A stretch of DNA of 39,941 nt from Pelomyxa schiedti (taxonomy: Eukaryota > Protista > Evosea). The DNA lies in the NCBI GenBank assembly GCA_020536535.1, contig JAHLWZ010000237.1:1-39941 (forward strand), in the 5' to 3' direction. Below are positions 1-12,039 of this stretch, in pieces (the first letter of the stretch is position 1; every line of letters starts with the position of its first letter). Under the pieces are notes generated by a model. That model was not told the DNA's origin. It searched no databases and saw nothing but the letters and a program-made list of their open reading frames with translations. The position numbers and the translations under genes are program-made.

Positions 1-737
1 ACAATTGCTAGCTCCCGTTTGTTTGCAAGGCATATAACACAATCTGTATCCTCTGTTGTGGTGGTTTCTGTTGGAGTTGAGGTTGATGGTGCTGTTGGGG
101 ATGTTGTTGAGGTGATGGTGCTTTGGTGTTGGGTGGGAGGAGAATAAAATGTGTTGAATATCTTTGAAAACCAGGAGGAAGTTGTTGGTGATGCAGATGG
201 TGATACTGCAGCGGGTGGTGCGTGCACCTTGGGGGTCTTACCCAGTGTTGTAAAGAAGTCCACCGCATAGTTAACATATTTCATATCCGGCGTGGAACAA
301 CTTGTAAGGTCAATTTTATCATTCAGGTAAACAGGCGGCCAAACCTAGGAAAACATTGGATGATGATTCAACAATTTACATCGGTTCGCATACACCCAGG
401 CCTAAGACTCTTTGGGGATGTGGTGGAGGAAGCTCGCTGCCTATTGAATCTACATAGTTGTAACTTCCAACAGCAGCTGTACATATCAACATGCAAGAAT
501 TGATATTCGGTGTGTACACTACAGCCTTTGCAACCATATTCTTTTTTACAGTCACATCCTCAAGAGTAGCAATGACAAGACAAGTGGAGGCTTTTGTAAG
601 CACAGTGTGCAGGGGCAGAACTTCAATCCTTCCCAAAGCCTCTGACATGGTAGTTTCATTAAACAGATGTGCCCTCATATCAACTTGTATAAGCTCCTTG
701 ATGTTAGGAACTATTTTTGTGTGTATGTGTTATTTTT
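1..737 (-). repeat. Near-identical second copy (probably the other haplotype) of 10670-11424, an internal part of the RING E3 gene
   Basis: Colinear with 10670-11424 apart from an 18-bp indel, two 3-bp indels in the Thr/Ser-rich tract and a handful of SNPs. It is followed directly by a 100-N gap. Confidence 0.9.
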
Positions 738-837
738 NNNNNNNNNNNNNNNNNNNNNNNNNNNNNNNNNNNNNNNNNNNNNNNNNNNNNNNNNNNNNNN
801 NNNNNNNNNNNNNNNNNNNNNNNNNNNNNNNNNNNNN
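738..837. other. Scaffold gap (100 N)
   Basis: Run of N. Confidence 0.99.
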
Positions 838-954
838 CAGAACGGAAACTTTTGTTTTATCGCCAGCTTTCGATTTATCAAAAGCTGTTGCGTGAAGCCG
901 ATTTCTGCCAGATGGATGAGAAAACGCTGATTAATGATTTTTAGGGTAAGTCTA
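838..954 (+). repeat. 117-bp repeat, exact reverse complement of 39824-39940; probable terminus of a dispersed DNA transposon that extends into the gap
   Basis: CAGAACGGAAAC...TTTTAGGGTAAGTCTA matches the reverse complement of the window end base for base, and identity stops abruptly after ...GTCTA. Confidence 0.9.
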
Positions 955-1260
955 TTCGGGAGCAAGTGAAAAGAAAATAAAAAGAAGCCAAAAGAAATTT
1001 CTCATCACCAAGATAAAACTGATTGTTTTCTATGTCAGTGACAGGCGCAATGAACACAAAATTTGCGACACAACAATTAAGATTTTTCGGTCAGCTCTTT
1101 GTTGGATTCTTTTCCTTCCTGGGTTGAGGTTAGGTAAGAAGAAAAAAGGTAAGTGCATACAATATGGAGAGTTGTAGAGGCACGATCAACAGCGGCACTA
1201 CTGCGGTTTAACTTGATAATAAAAAAACAACAACACACCAGATACTCATCAAATATCGTA

Positions 1261-2159
1261 CTACAGCCGCACAGCTTTGACTACCAAGTTTACCACGACC
1301 CAAAAGAAAGTTTGAGAAGTTTCCTGTGAAGTGTTATCGATTCACAAATCAGAAGGGTGGCATACCTGAATCAATTCCATACTGCTTCGCAAATCTTCGT
1401 TGTCCTTGTTTACAATGTGTTTTCCATAGTGCAACCAGCTCCTCGATTGTGGGATGATTAAGACAAGCACTGATTCTGGTAATCTCTTCAGCTAAAAGGG
1501 CAATGTCTAGTGCAGGTAAAACAGTATTTGCATGTCTATGTGGGGAAGATGAAGGTGAAAGGGGATATTTAATTTGGGATCTACATCGTATTTGGTGGAA
1601 AACTGCCTTGGTCTTTCTACATTTCTATTTAATATTAAATGACACTTGGGACAGATACCACTGTTTTTTCGATTGCTTTACAATATGATTCAGTGAGGCT
1701 GTGGTTAGGATCGACTGAATAAACAATTGTGGGAGCTCCATCACTAGATCTGAATATTAAAGGTTGCTCTTGTGGCTCAGCTGGAGTAGGATAAAAAGAA
1801 GGCAGAGCCGTAGCAGCTTCTGTCCCCCATACAATCACCACTTGGAGAGTCTTCTTCAGTTTACGAAACTAATAATTCTTAATATGTTTATGAGAATCTT
1901 TTTTCAGAGAAGTTACCAGGTATTCAAGCCATTTCTTTGCATCACTGTAGTGAGAGCCTTTTGTGTTGCGCCATGGATATGCATACACCACAGATTGCTG
2001 ACCCAACCAGTTATTCAATTTCACAATTTTCTTGTGTGTTCTGGACTCCCGAATCGACTGAAATTGTCTTCTAGGGCTTCCCAAAATGTTGAGAATGTTG
2101 GCTGCGGCAAGTGGCTGTGCCCCATAACAATCATTTACACTCTCAGCAGCATTAAACCA
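1261..2159 (-). other. Coding exons for a divergent uracil-DNA glycosylase (family 1)-like domain plus a helical tail; probably the C-terminus of the aconitase gene
   Basis: The spliced translation NILNIL...[54 protein letters not shown]...[12 protein letters not shown]...YCKAIEKT follows the UNG motif order NI..EL / L..W..QGVLLLN / SH...W / VFLLWG..A / HPSPLS / C.HF.K. Confidence 0.5.
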
Positions 2160-5110
2160 CTGTAAAACCTGAGCTTTGAAGTATTAAACAAGCTACCTCT
2201 GCGGGGAGACTGTCCCTGGCCATCTGATTGAGAGCACTTCCGGAGCGGAACCACTGTGCCTGTAATTCATTGAAGGTGTTGTTGAGCTGTAAAGGTGTTT
2301 GTTGTGAGAACTGGGTGAAAACAAGGAGAGGGCCGGATGAGTATTTACCTGAATATCAAACGGCACGGAACCGTCAGCTGGTTTCACGTGGAGTGAAAGG
2401 GGTTTCCCTGACCCAAGGGTTTCTAGACCAACAATGCTGACTTTGTCGTCGCCTCTAAAACGTACAGATTACTAACTGGGAAACAGCAAAGAAGGAAGCA
2501 CACGTTAGTCTGTTATAGTCATCAGGGTTGGCAAAAGTGAGTGGGAGGACACCCTGCTTTTTGAGGTTGGATTCGTGAATGCGAGCGAAACTCTTCACGA
2601 TGATTGCCACTGCACCAAGGTGGCGGGGCTACAGGTGGTGATAAGCACTTTGTTGTCAAAGGTAAGTCAAGACATACCTCCAAGGCTGCGTGTTCGCGGC
2701 TACTTCCTTCACCGTAGTTGTTGTCACCTATGGCAACCCATCTGATTCCCCTGCTCTTGTAGAATCGAGCAACATTGGGCACGGTATCAAACTCCCCCGT
2801 GATCTGATTCTTAACCAAGTTTTTTCGGCCGTTCATTGAATTTGTGGCACCTAAAGAATGTTAAGTCTGCAATACTTGCGCTCCACTCACCAATGAGCAT
2901 GTTGTTAGAGATATTATCAAGGTGTCCTCTGTACTTTAGCCAGGGACCAGCCGCACTGATGTGATCAGTTGTGCACTTGCCCTCGACTTTGATTAAAATT
3001 GGCAGATCAGCAAACGCTTCTGGTCGGACATTTTCCCACGGTTCGAATGGAGACAGCCTCTGAAGCCTCTCGCTTGTGGGGCTAATGACTACTTGAACAG
3101 AAGCGCCGTCTACAGCGGGTGGCTCGTAGACAGTGGCTGTAGTAGAGGAATCATAGCCATGTGATGGAAGGTCCATCCCAGTGGGTGGCGCAAGTCTCCA
3201 TGGACCAGTAGGTGACTCCAGTTCATTGCAGGCTGGATGGAAACGAAGAGTACCAGCAAGGCCAAGGGCGACAACTATCTGGGGGAGTGGTGAGATATTT
3301 TGGAAAAGAAATCACTCCATACCTCTGGAGATGTTACAAAGGCCATTGTTGCGGGATTGTTGTCCGCACGAGCGGAAAAGTTTCTGTTATAGGAGTGCAC
3401 AATTGTGTTCTTTCCAGAGGTTATATCTGTTCTCTGCCACTGCCCAATGCAAGGTCCACAAGCATTAGCCAAAACAACGCCGCCGACTGCTGTGAACAGA
3501 TCTTCAAGTCCATCTCTCTTCATTGTAGCCCTAAAACAAGAATAAGGGGATAAATACACCAAATACGGCAGTTACCTCACTTGTTCAGACCCAGGAGAGA
3601 TGTAAAACTTCGCTTTCATCTTGATACCATGCTCAAGGGCTTGCTTGCATACATTAGCTGCCCTTGTCAAGTCTTCGTAACTGCTGTTAGTGCAGCTGCC
3701 AATCAAGGCAGCGCTAACTTCGAGAGGCCATCCATTGGCCTCTGCAGCAGTGCTAACCTCAGAAAGAAGGTGATTGCGATCAGGTGAAAGAGGACCGTTA
3801 ATCTGGGGTTGGAGTGTGGAAAGATCCAACTCTACTACTTTGTCGTAAATTGCCTGAAAGGGGTGGCTGAGAACAAGAGGGAGATTTCAGATATACCTTG
3901 TCTGTAGAATCTGCGCTGAGGAGGTCGGCAAATTGTTCAGCGAGAGCCGCAATTTCTGCTCGGCCAGTAGCTCTAAGGTAATCCGCTTGCCTTCTGGTGA
4001 AGGGGAAAATGGAAGCTGTGGCACCAAGTTCGGCTCCCATGTTGCATATGGTGGCTGCTCCCGTGCAAGAAATGGATTCAGCACCAGGACCAAAGTATTC
4101 AATAACAAACCCAGTGCCTCCCTCAACGGTTAAGCTACCAGCTAGGCGAAGAATAATATCTTTTGGTGCTGTCCAACCTTTGCGGGGGTTATCGAACCCA
4201 GGAATGTTGGATGGTTTCTTTACCAGAAAGTGCCCCAGTTAGTTTCACTCCCAAAACTTTAGGCGCTTTAAGCTCCAACGCCAACCCAGCCATCACATCA
4301 ACAGCATCTGCACCGCCTACACCAACTGCAAGCATTCCCAAACCTCCAGCATTTGGGGTGTCTAAAGAACATTAATTCAAAATCTCAAGGAAATAGTCAT
4401 ACGGCTGTCAGTCCCAATAACCATGCCTCCAGGGAATGCGTAATTTTCCAGAACTATCTTTGGAAGAGTGTTACGATAAAAGAGGGAGAGTGAGATTTAT
4501 CACCTGATGTATAATTCCACTTCCTGGTTTCCAGAATCCCATACCGTATTTATTTGCAGCACTTCGGAGGAAGTCGTAGACTTCTTTGTTGGTTGTGCAT
4601 GCAGCAGCAAGATCGGAAACAGCTCCCTTATCTTGAGCTTGAATCAAGTGGTCACAGTGAACTGTTGAGGGCACCACAGTCCTCTTCATTCCAGATGACA
4701 TAAATTGAAGAACTGAAAGGAAACGTGAATAATTTACATGGAGAACAGGAGGCACCGACTAGCCATTTGAGCAGTGGCATCTTGCATAGCAACACGGTCG
4801 GGTTTAAGGTACAAATAACTCTTTCCCTTGACGTACTACAAAAAAAAAGCTGGTTGTGAGGAGACCCACATGGAAGGAAACAAGTGCTCACTTCTTGACG
4901 AACATCCTCGAGATGTGAGACAATGACCTTCTCTGCGAGAGTCATAGGAGCCGTGTGTGTGCGGCGGAACTTCTGCACCACATTATTAATACGAGTGAAA
5001 AAAAACCAAGAGATGTTGCACACAGCAATAACGTCAGCCATGCGTGGGTAATCCACAAACACGTTTGCGTCGAACTTGCTTATCGCGACTCGTGCCGTTG
5101 CAGCAGACAT
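1261..5110 (-). CDS. ACO2: Aconitate hydratase, mitochondrial (ACO2) type, multi-exon. The aconitase core is 2197-5110, probably extended by spliced C-terminal exons down to 1261.
   Basis: Motifs [68 protein letters not shown] (the 4Fe-4S cysteines), [44 protein letters not shown] and the terminal [17 protein letters not shown]. If the 2160-2196 intron is not spliced, the protein ends at 2152. Confidence 0.93.
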
Positions 5111-5458
5111 GGTCTGAATCGCCTTGTGGGTTTTTTTTGTTGTTGTTTGCTTTTCTGTTTTGTTAAATATACAGAAGGGCGAAAAGGAAAAAATTGTGGA
5201 AGCGGCGAACTTCCAGAAGCACGTTTATACTTTCCTCAGTCCATGAATTTCAGAGGAATTTATTCATGATGAAGCTGGAGGGAAGTGTAATTGGTGCCAC
5301 GCATGGTTCAGATCTGGTGACATCGTTCCATTTGAGTGCCTCTGGGACCTTCACAAGGGAAATTTCCTCTGACACTCAATTAGCTGAAACCCAATTTAAC
5401 AAAAACCAAAAAAAAAGACACAGCCGCAGCACACAGATCCACACCGAATAAGCGACAA

Positions 5459-7332
5459 ATGACGTCGGGAGGACCAAACATGTCCGCGAATGGTAGTGCG
5501 TCTTCCGTGACGATGGTGCAAGGAATGGGCGGAATGGGGATGCCCGGGATGGTAGGAATGTCACCCCCCGCAATGCCTGGAATGCTCGGGATGCCTTCTC
5601 CAGCGATGTACATGGCGCCCGGCGGATTCGGCGTGTCACCAATGGGCATGCCCGGAATGCCGCCGATGGGCGCTGCTGCGAAACCGCCTTTTGGAATGGG
5701 GGGCCCGGGACAGCCTCAGATGCCGCCGCCGGCTCAGACAGCTACTTCTAACACCACAACGTCATCGGGCGCAACGACTCACATGGGGGGGAACCAAGGG
5801 CAGGTTTTAGCTTTGACCCACAGTTCGTCGCACCCGCCTTCGCTGCCGCCGCCGCTGGCCCCAAAGGACAAGAGGCCTCCATTACCTACTATTTACGAAG
5901 GGGGAATTATAGAGCCCTCACTGCGAACAAGCAGAAGGAGATCGAGGTGGGATACTGCAACTGTTTTCCCCATTCCAGGTGTTCCGAGGTTCTTACCCTC
6001 AGGCTTGGATCCAGATCAAGTTGAAGCATTTCTTTGTATGTCCCGTTTTTTACTTCTATCAATTTTTCTGACTTTACCTTCAGTGCGTGTAAGAATCGAG
6101 GAAATCTCGTATGCAATTAGCACAGGTCAACTTGGCTTGAACACTGGGAGAGAAAGGTCTCCATCCCCTGAACCTGTTTATGACAAAGACGGCAAGCGTG
6201 TGAACACAAGGGAGCAACGTGCTAAAGACCGCTACATTCGTGAGAAACAAAGGCTTTTAGAACAGGCTATTCATACATGTCCCTCTTTCAAGGTAATCTT
6301 ATCTCTGTTTATCACGTTTTCTCACAGCTTTTCCCATAGCCACCCAGTGATTTCTCTAAGGCATCTCTCAAGAAAACAAGGAAAGTGCCTATCCCAGAGA
6401 AGGACTACCCAGACTACAATTTCATTGGTCTGATTATTGGACCGCGTGGTAATACACAAAAAAGACTGGAAAAGGAGTCCGGTGCCAAAATATCTGTTCG
6501 TGGAAAAGGATCCGTTAAAGAGGGTAAAATCAAGAAAGGCGTGTCACAACCAGATGATGATGAACCTCTGCATGTTCTTATCACTGGAGATACTGACGAA
6601 CAAGTGGAGAAGGCCTATCAACTTGTAATGCCCCTGCTTACTCCTATGGACGAATCGCAGAACGAATGGAAAAAACAACAGCTCCGAGAACTTGCTGAGA
6701 TCAATGGTACACTTAGAGACCGTACATGGATGCAACCCCTTCCCGAATATGACGCCCACGTATCATGCGTAATCTGTGGTGATGCCAGTCACCCAACTTC
6801 CGATTGTCCTTTCAAGGGTAAAGGCGTTGTTCCACCAAATAAGAAGCAGAGGATGGACTCTGAGTACGACTCCTTCATGCGAGAGATAGGTGAAGCACCT
6901 AAACCTGCTGAGGATAAGACATATAAGGAGTTTCTAGCAGCAATTGGCGATGGAAATCCAAACGCAATGCCTATGGGTGGTCCAACCGGCATGCCCTCTC
7001 ATGTTGGACCCCCTATGTTTATGCCGTATGGTTACCCACCAGTGCAATCCCCATTTGGTATGCAACCTGGAGGACCACAAGGGATGCCCCCACCCATGGC
7101 GCCACCAATGGCTACTGGATGGCCCCCCATGCAGATGCCGCCTCATGGAAGTTTCCCGCCACCAGGTGGGCCCGGAATGCTCCAAGAGGCACCACCCCCG
7201 GTATGCTTTCCATTACTTCACTTTGAGCAACACTAACATCAATAATTACAGTGGGCAGCAACTTCGAATCCACCGACTGGACAGGTATACAATAACGTGC
7301 CTCCCCCGTGGACTGGATCCTCAAGCAACTAG
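5459..7332 (+). CDS. SF1: Splicing factor 1 / branchpoint-binding protein (KH-QUA2, Zn knuckle, Pro-rich), multi-exon
   Basis: RRRSRWD ULM motif, RSPSPEPVYD, KH domain PDYNFIGLIIGPRGNTQKRLEKESGAKISVRGKGS, QUA2 KKQQLRELAEINGTLR and knuckle CVICGDASHPTSDC. The last exon ends PPPWTGSSSN* at 7332. Confidence 0.95.
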
Positions 7333-7679
7333 GTTGGTGTGGTTACCCAAGGTTTAACTTTTCGTCTCCTAGCGGCTTGAAATTACGCACCTCGCTTCTT
7401 CCTCTCACTCTTACAACATAACACCTCCCCCTTTTTTTTCTCTGTCTCACGGATATGCTATGCATATGTTCCCCCTTTTTCCCCTAGAACTAACCCCACT
7501 GACGTTGAGGATGCCAACTAACTCCAGAATGATTTCTTGCTGTTCCGCTGCTACTGTTGTCATCAAAGAGGTTTGTGGCAAAAAACAAACACAGCAGGAG
7601 AAAAAAAAAACCCTTCTCCAACAATCACCATATTTGTTTGCTTCCAGATGGAAGTTTTCATCCAAAAGAAGTTTGGTGA

Positions 7680-10507
7680 ATGGACGTTAGGCAAACGGTG
7701 TATGAGCAGTTGGTCAGCAGAAACAAACGGGACGTGGAGCCGTTCAAGGATTTGGTACTATCAAGTTTGTGGTGCCACCTTAAAACCACCTTCCAGCCAC
7801 TGACGGATTTTTTTTTGTTTTTTTTTTTGTTTTGTTTTGTTTTGTTTTGTGGGTTTGGGTGTTCAGTGGGGAAACTGTATGGTGAGAACGAATTATTGAA
7901 AGAAAAGTGCTCCGCCCTGCAGAGGGAAGTCGAGTCTTTGTCACAGGAAAAGGATCAACTGCAAGGTGACAAACAGGTTCCAGAGCAAATTTGCAACTCG
8001 GGGTTCATGTACTCGAGTCTTACCAGTTGCTAGGTCCTAGAGAGTCAAATAGCAGCTTTGAGGGAGGTGGCTTCAGTCCCTTCCAAGTGCGTTGGGAGCA
8101 TATTTGTTCTAAATACTCATTTTACTTATCGGAAGTGTTGATTTGGCATACCTGGAGGAAACCCTTGCAAATGAAAAACGGCTTGATTTAGTTGCCTCTG
8201 AGCTTAGCAAACAGCTTGATGCTACCAAGATGGAAGTAATAGAAGCGTACAAAGAGAAGTCCGATATTCTACAGGATTTATCCTCACGCAACATGGAGCT
8301 GAAAATCATGATGGGATCACTGGAGGCAAAAGATCAAGGGTAAAGTGTGATGGGGATAGGATCACTGTTATTGACTTTATGGTAGCCTCTCTAAGGCTCA
8401 TGACTTCATATCTGATTTGGGCAACCAGAACACCTCTTTGAGGAGCAAACTTGACCAAGCAACGGAGACAATATCGATTCTCCAAGGCGAACTAGCCAGT
8501 GCAAAAGTGGGTATCTTATGGAAATACTGCCTCTTTCACATTGCTTCATGCAGAAACACATATCCACCTTAAGCAAGCAACTTTCAACACAACAAGCCTC
8601 GAACAGGTCCGGATTGCTGCATAGTGCGGATTCGGTGACCAATTATGGTGGAAGCACTGCACCGATACCCTCTTCACTGCTGGAATCCCCTGTTCTGTCG
8701 CACGCTTCAACACAACTTAATACACCCCCTGCAAATCACGCTATAGAAAGCCTTGAGTCTCTGCTTGGCTCTGTTAGTCTTCTTCAAGTCCCCTTGTTAT
8801 CACAACCGCTAGATGTCCCAAAACCTGCATCTGCATCACCTGGCTCACACCAGGGATCGCCGTCAAAGGATTCTCCTACCCGACAAGCTATACAACAGTC
8901 ACCACAACTCACTCGAGTATCAGCTAGCGTACTCACTAGGAAAAATAGTGCTCCTGCTTCAAGTTTGTTTCATTCTTCTCCTCAGTTATTTCACTTCATG
9001 TTACTAGTTGAAACAAATAAAGGCCTATCTTCAAAAGACCAACCACCCGTTGGAGTACCTGCCAAATTCGTAAATCCAATTACACTGCTGGATCAAATAG
9101 AAATGAGGCAGTACAAAGAGGTCCAGTGAGTTACTTATTTTTCTCTTTGAATTATTCAATGACTCTAAACTGCTTAGACCCGAGGGAGGAGAAGTTAGTA
9201 CTCGAATACCAACATTTTGCTTGCCTTTACCAATAACTGGCCCAAGACACCAACAAGCCGTCAATTGTTTATGTCAGCTGAATCATCGTCCAATACTTTT
9301 ATTCACTGACTTTAGGTTACAACAGTATGGGCACCTTCCTAGCCACAGGATCAGATGACACAAGTATCATTCTCTGGAATATGCATTCAAGTAAGCTTAG
9401 AAAGTCTGTGCTCCAATGTGAAATGAGACTTAGGAAAATACAAATGCAGGGACCCCTTCCGCACGTCTCACTGGAGCTGTTCGTGGGGTAATGTCTGTGG
9501 CATTTTCTCCAGATGATTTACTTGTTCTTGGTTGCTCTAATGACCGATGCGCAAGAATCTGGTCCGTTTCGGGTGACCTAAAGGTATTCCTTCTTCCTTG
9601 TCATTACGAAACTAACAAACAACTAGGAAACGTTTTCTGGCCACCTGGATCAGGTGGTTACAGGAGGATTTCTTACACACGAAAAAATAATTACAGGCAG
9701 TATAGATAGGGCATTGAGAGTTTTTGATTTGCACTCTCGAAAATGTAGAATAGATTCTTTTTCGCAAAACTTATAGTAACTAAGGTGACAAGACGATCAG
9801 ATGCCCAAGTGCTTGTCACGACCTATGTGTGGCTACTGGGCTCCTTATTTCAGCTCACGCAGATAGGACAATTAGATTCTGGGATTACAGAACAGGTTCA
9901 CATGCAATAGAACAAAAAATTCTCCAATTAATCTTAAATAGGAGATTTTGCTTTTTCCATTGATGACGCCCATAGAAACCAAGTAACCAGTGTTTGTGCA
10001 TCACCTGGTAAATTGGACAAGTTTTTTTTTTAAGTTGACACTGGTCAAAATAGATGGCCGCTACATTTTAACTAATGGTAAAGACCACGTATTGCATTTG
10101 TTTGATGTAATGTCATGCCAAAAGTTGCACACATACCAGTTAGTTTCCTTTCGCTCGATCCCAAAATAATCATGTATAGAGCGGCGGAATACTGTAACAT
10201 GAGAAAATGGACCAAAGCTTGCTTTAGGTTTTGTATTACACCACTGATGCACGACTAACATTTCCGTAGTAGTGGCGGAAACCATGTATTATCAGGAACC
10301 ACTGGTAAAGTTTGTATTTGGGACAGGGATTCAACAAAACTTTTAACAACACTCCAAAGCAAATTTTCTTCACCGTGTGTACATGAAACTTTATCACGCA
10401 ACTTTTAACCTACAAAAAACAGAAACCCGGTGCTGAGTTGTGCATGTAATCCAAGAGAGAACCAAATAGTATCATCAGAAGGAAGTTTTTGCCTCCTATG
10501 GGAATAG
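7680..10507 (+). CDS. ATG16: ATG16L-like autophagy protein (N-terminal ATG5-binding helix, coiled coil, S/P-rich linker, WD40 propeller), multi-exon
   Basis: N-terminus MDVRQTVYEQLVSRNKRDVEPFKDLV, coiled-coil exons at about 7870-8500, and WD40 repeats FLATGSDDTSIILW, VMSVAFSPDDLLVLGCSNDRCARIW, IITGSIDRALRVFD, SAHADRTIRFWD, QVTSVCASPDGRYILTNGKDHVLHLFD and NWTKAC. Confidence 0.8.
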
Positions 10508-10566
10508 TGAGCCGAAATACAACCTTTGTATTTTATTGCCAAGAACTTCTTTGTTTTTGTTTCTAT

Positions 10567-11776
10567 TTAGCCAAATACACGTAAAGTGGTTGTGATAGGG
10601 CCTCTACAAATGGGGCATGTTTTGACACTTGGTGCGCATGTGGAACAGAGGCACCTATGTCCACAAGGCACAATTGCTAGCTCCCGTTTGTTTGCAAGGC
10701 ATATAACACAATCTGTATCCTCTGTTGTGGTGCTTGTTGTAGTTGTGGTGGTTTCTGTTGGAGTTGAGGTTGATGGTGCTGTTGGGGATGATGTTGTTGA
10801 GGTGGTGCTTTGGTGTTGGGTGGGAGGAGAATAAAATGTGTTGAATATCTTTGAAAACCAGGAGGAAGTTGTTGGTGATGCAGATGGTGATACTGTAGCG
10901 GGTGGTGCGTGCACCTTGGGGGTCTTACCCAGTGTTGTAAAGAAGTCCACCGCATAGTTAACATATTTCATATCCGGCGTAGAACAACTTGTAAGGTCAA
11001 TTTTATCATTCAGGTAAACAGGCGGCCAAACCTAGGAAAACATTGGATGGTGATTCAACAATTTAGATCGGTTCGCATACACCCAGGCCTAAGACTCTTT
11101 GGGGATGTGGTGGAGGAAGCTCGCTGCCTATTGAATCTACATAGTTGTAACTTCCAACAGCAGCTGTACATATCAACATGCAGGAATTGATATTTGGTGT
11201 GTACACTACAGCCTTTGCAACCATATTCTTTTTTACAGTCACATCCTCAAGAGTAGCAATGACAAGACAAGTGGAGGCTTTTGTAAGCACAGTGTGCAGG
11301 GGGAGAACTTCAATCCTTCCCAAAGCCTCTGACATGGTAGTTTCATTAAACAGATGTGCCCTCATATCAACTTGTATAAGCTCCTTGATGTTAGGAACTA
11401 TTTTTGTGTGTATGTGTTATTTTTACAAACACAGGTTTTATTACGCCAGCTATGGTATGACGTCGCATTATAAATAGCAATTGGGCATGAAAGTACAAAC
11501 AATTGTCATCCCAGGTGAAGACACGACACCCCAAAAGTGCCAATTCACCCGTAATCCTCCTTCCCACCTACGAAAATTGAATCAAATTTCAATATCCGTC
11601 CTCTGTGTGGTCCCATAATAACCCCACCCAAGCAGTAGCAGGGGTGAGTGTGGTACCTTTCCAGCCCCAACGACTCCGACGTTGTACCCCTTGGCCCTCA
11701 CCTTGGCACACACTCCACGTCTGACGTCCACCTCCCCGGTGCACGTCGACAAATCAGGGGGCGCACTCGCTGACAT
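10567..11776 (-). CDS. Putative E3 ubiquitin ligase with a C-terminal IAP/MUL1-type RING (C3HC4); 5' structure uncertain
   Basis: CVICLANKRELAIVPCGHRCLCSTCAPSVKTCPICRGPITTTLRVFG* preceded by a Thr/Ser linker. Upstream ORFs 11063-11365 and 11582-11776 are on the same strand. Confidence 0.75.
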
Positions 11777-12039
11777 CTAATATTTGAGTTCGGTTGAGAA
11801 AAAAACGGCGCCCGGCTCTTTTTGGGTCCTCTGAGACGATCTGAGCGATCAATTTCTCAGAAGGACTCACTGGGCGTTGGTACAAGTGCGGCCAAGGGGA
11901 CTAAAGCGATGAAACACAATCAAATGATGCATTTTGCACAAGTCAACATTAGCAGTCGGAATAAAACGTCGTGAAATGTGAAACAAACGCCAAACGCACA
12001 TTTTTCCTTTTATTCTTCGCCCCAGCCAGTTTTCTCCCA

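Noticed and set aside
938-946. TTTTTAGGG resembling a telomere repeat
   Set aside because: It is a single unit, not a tandem array.
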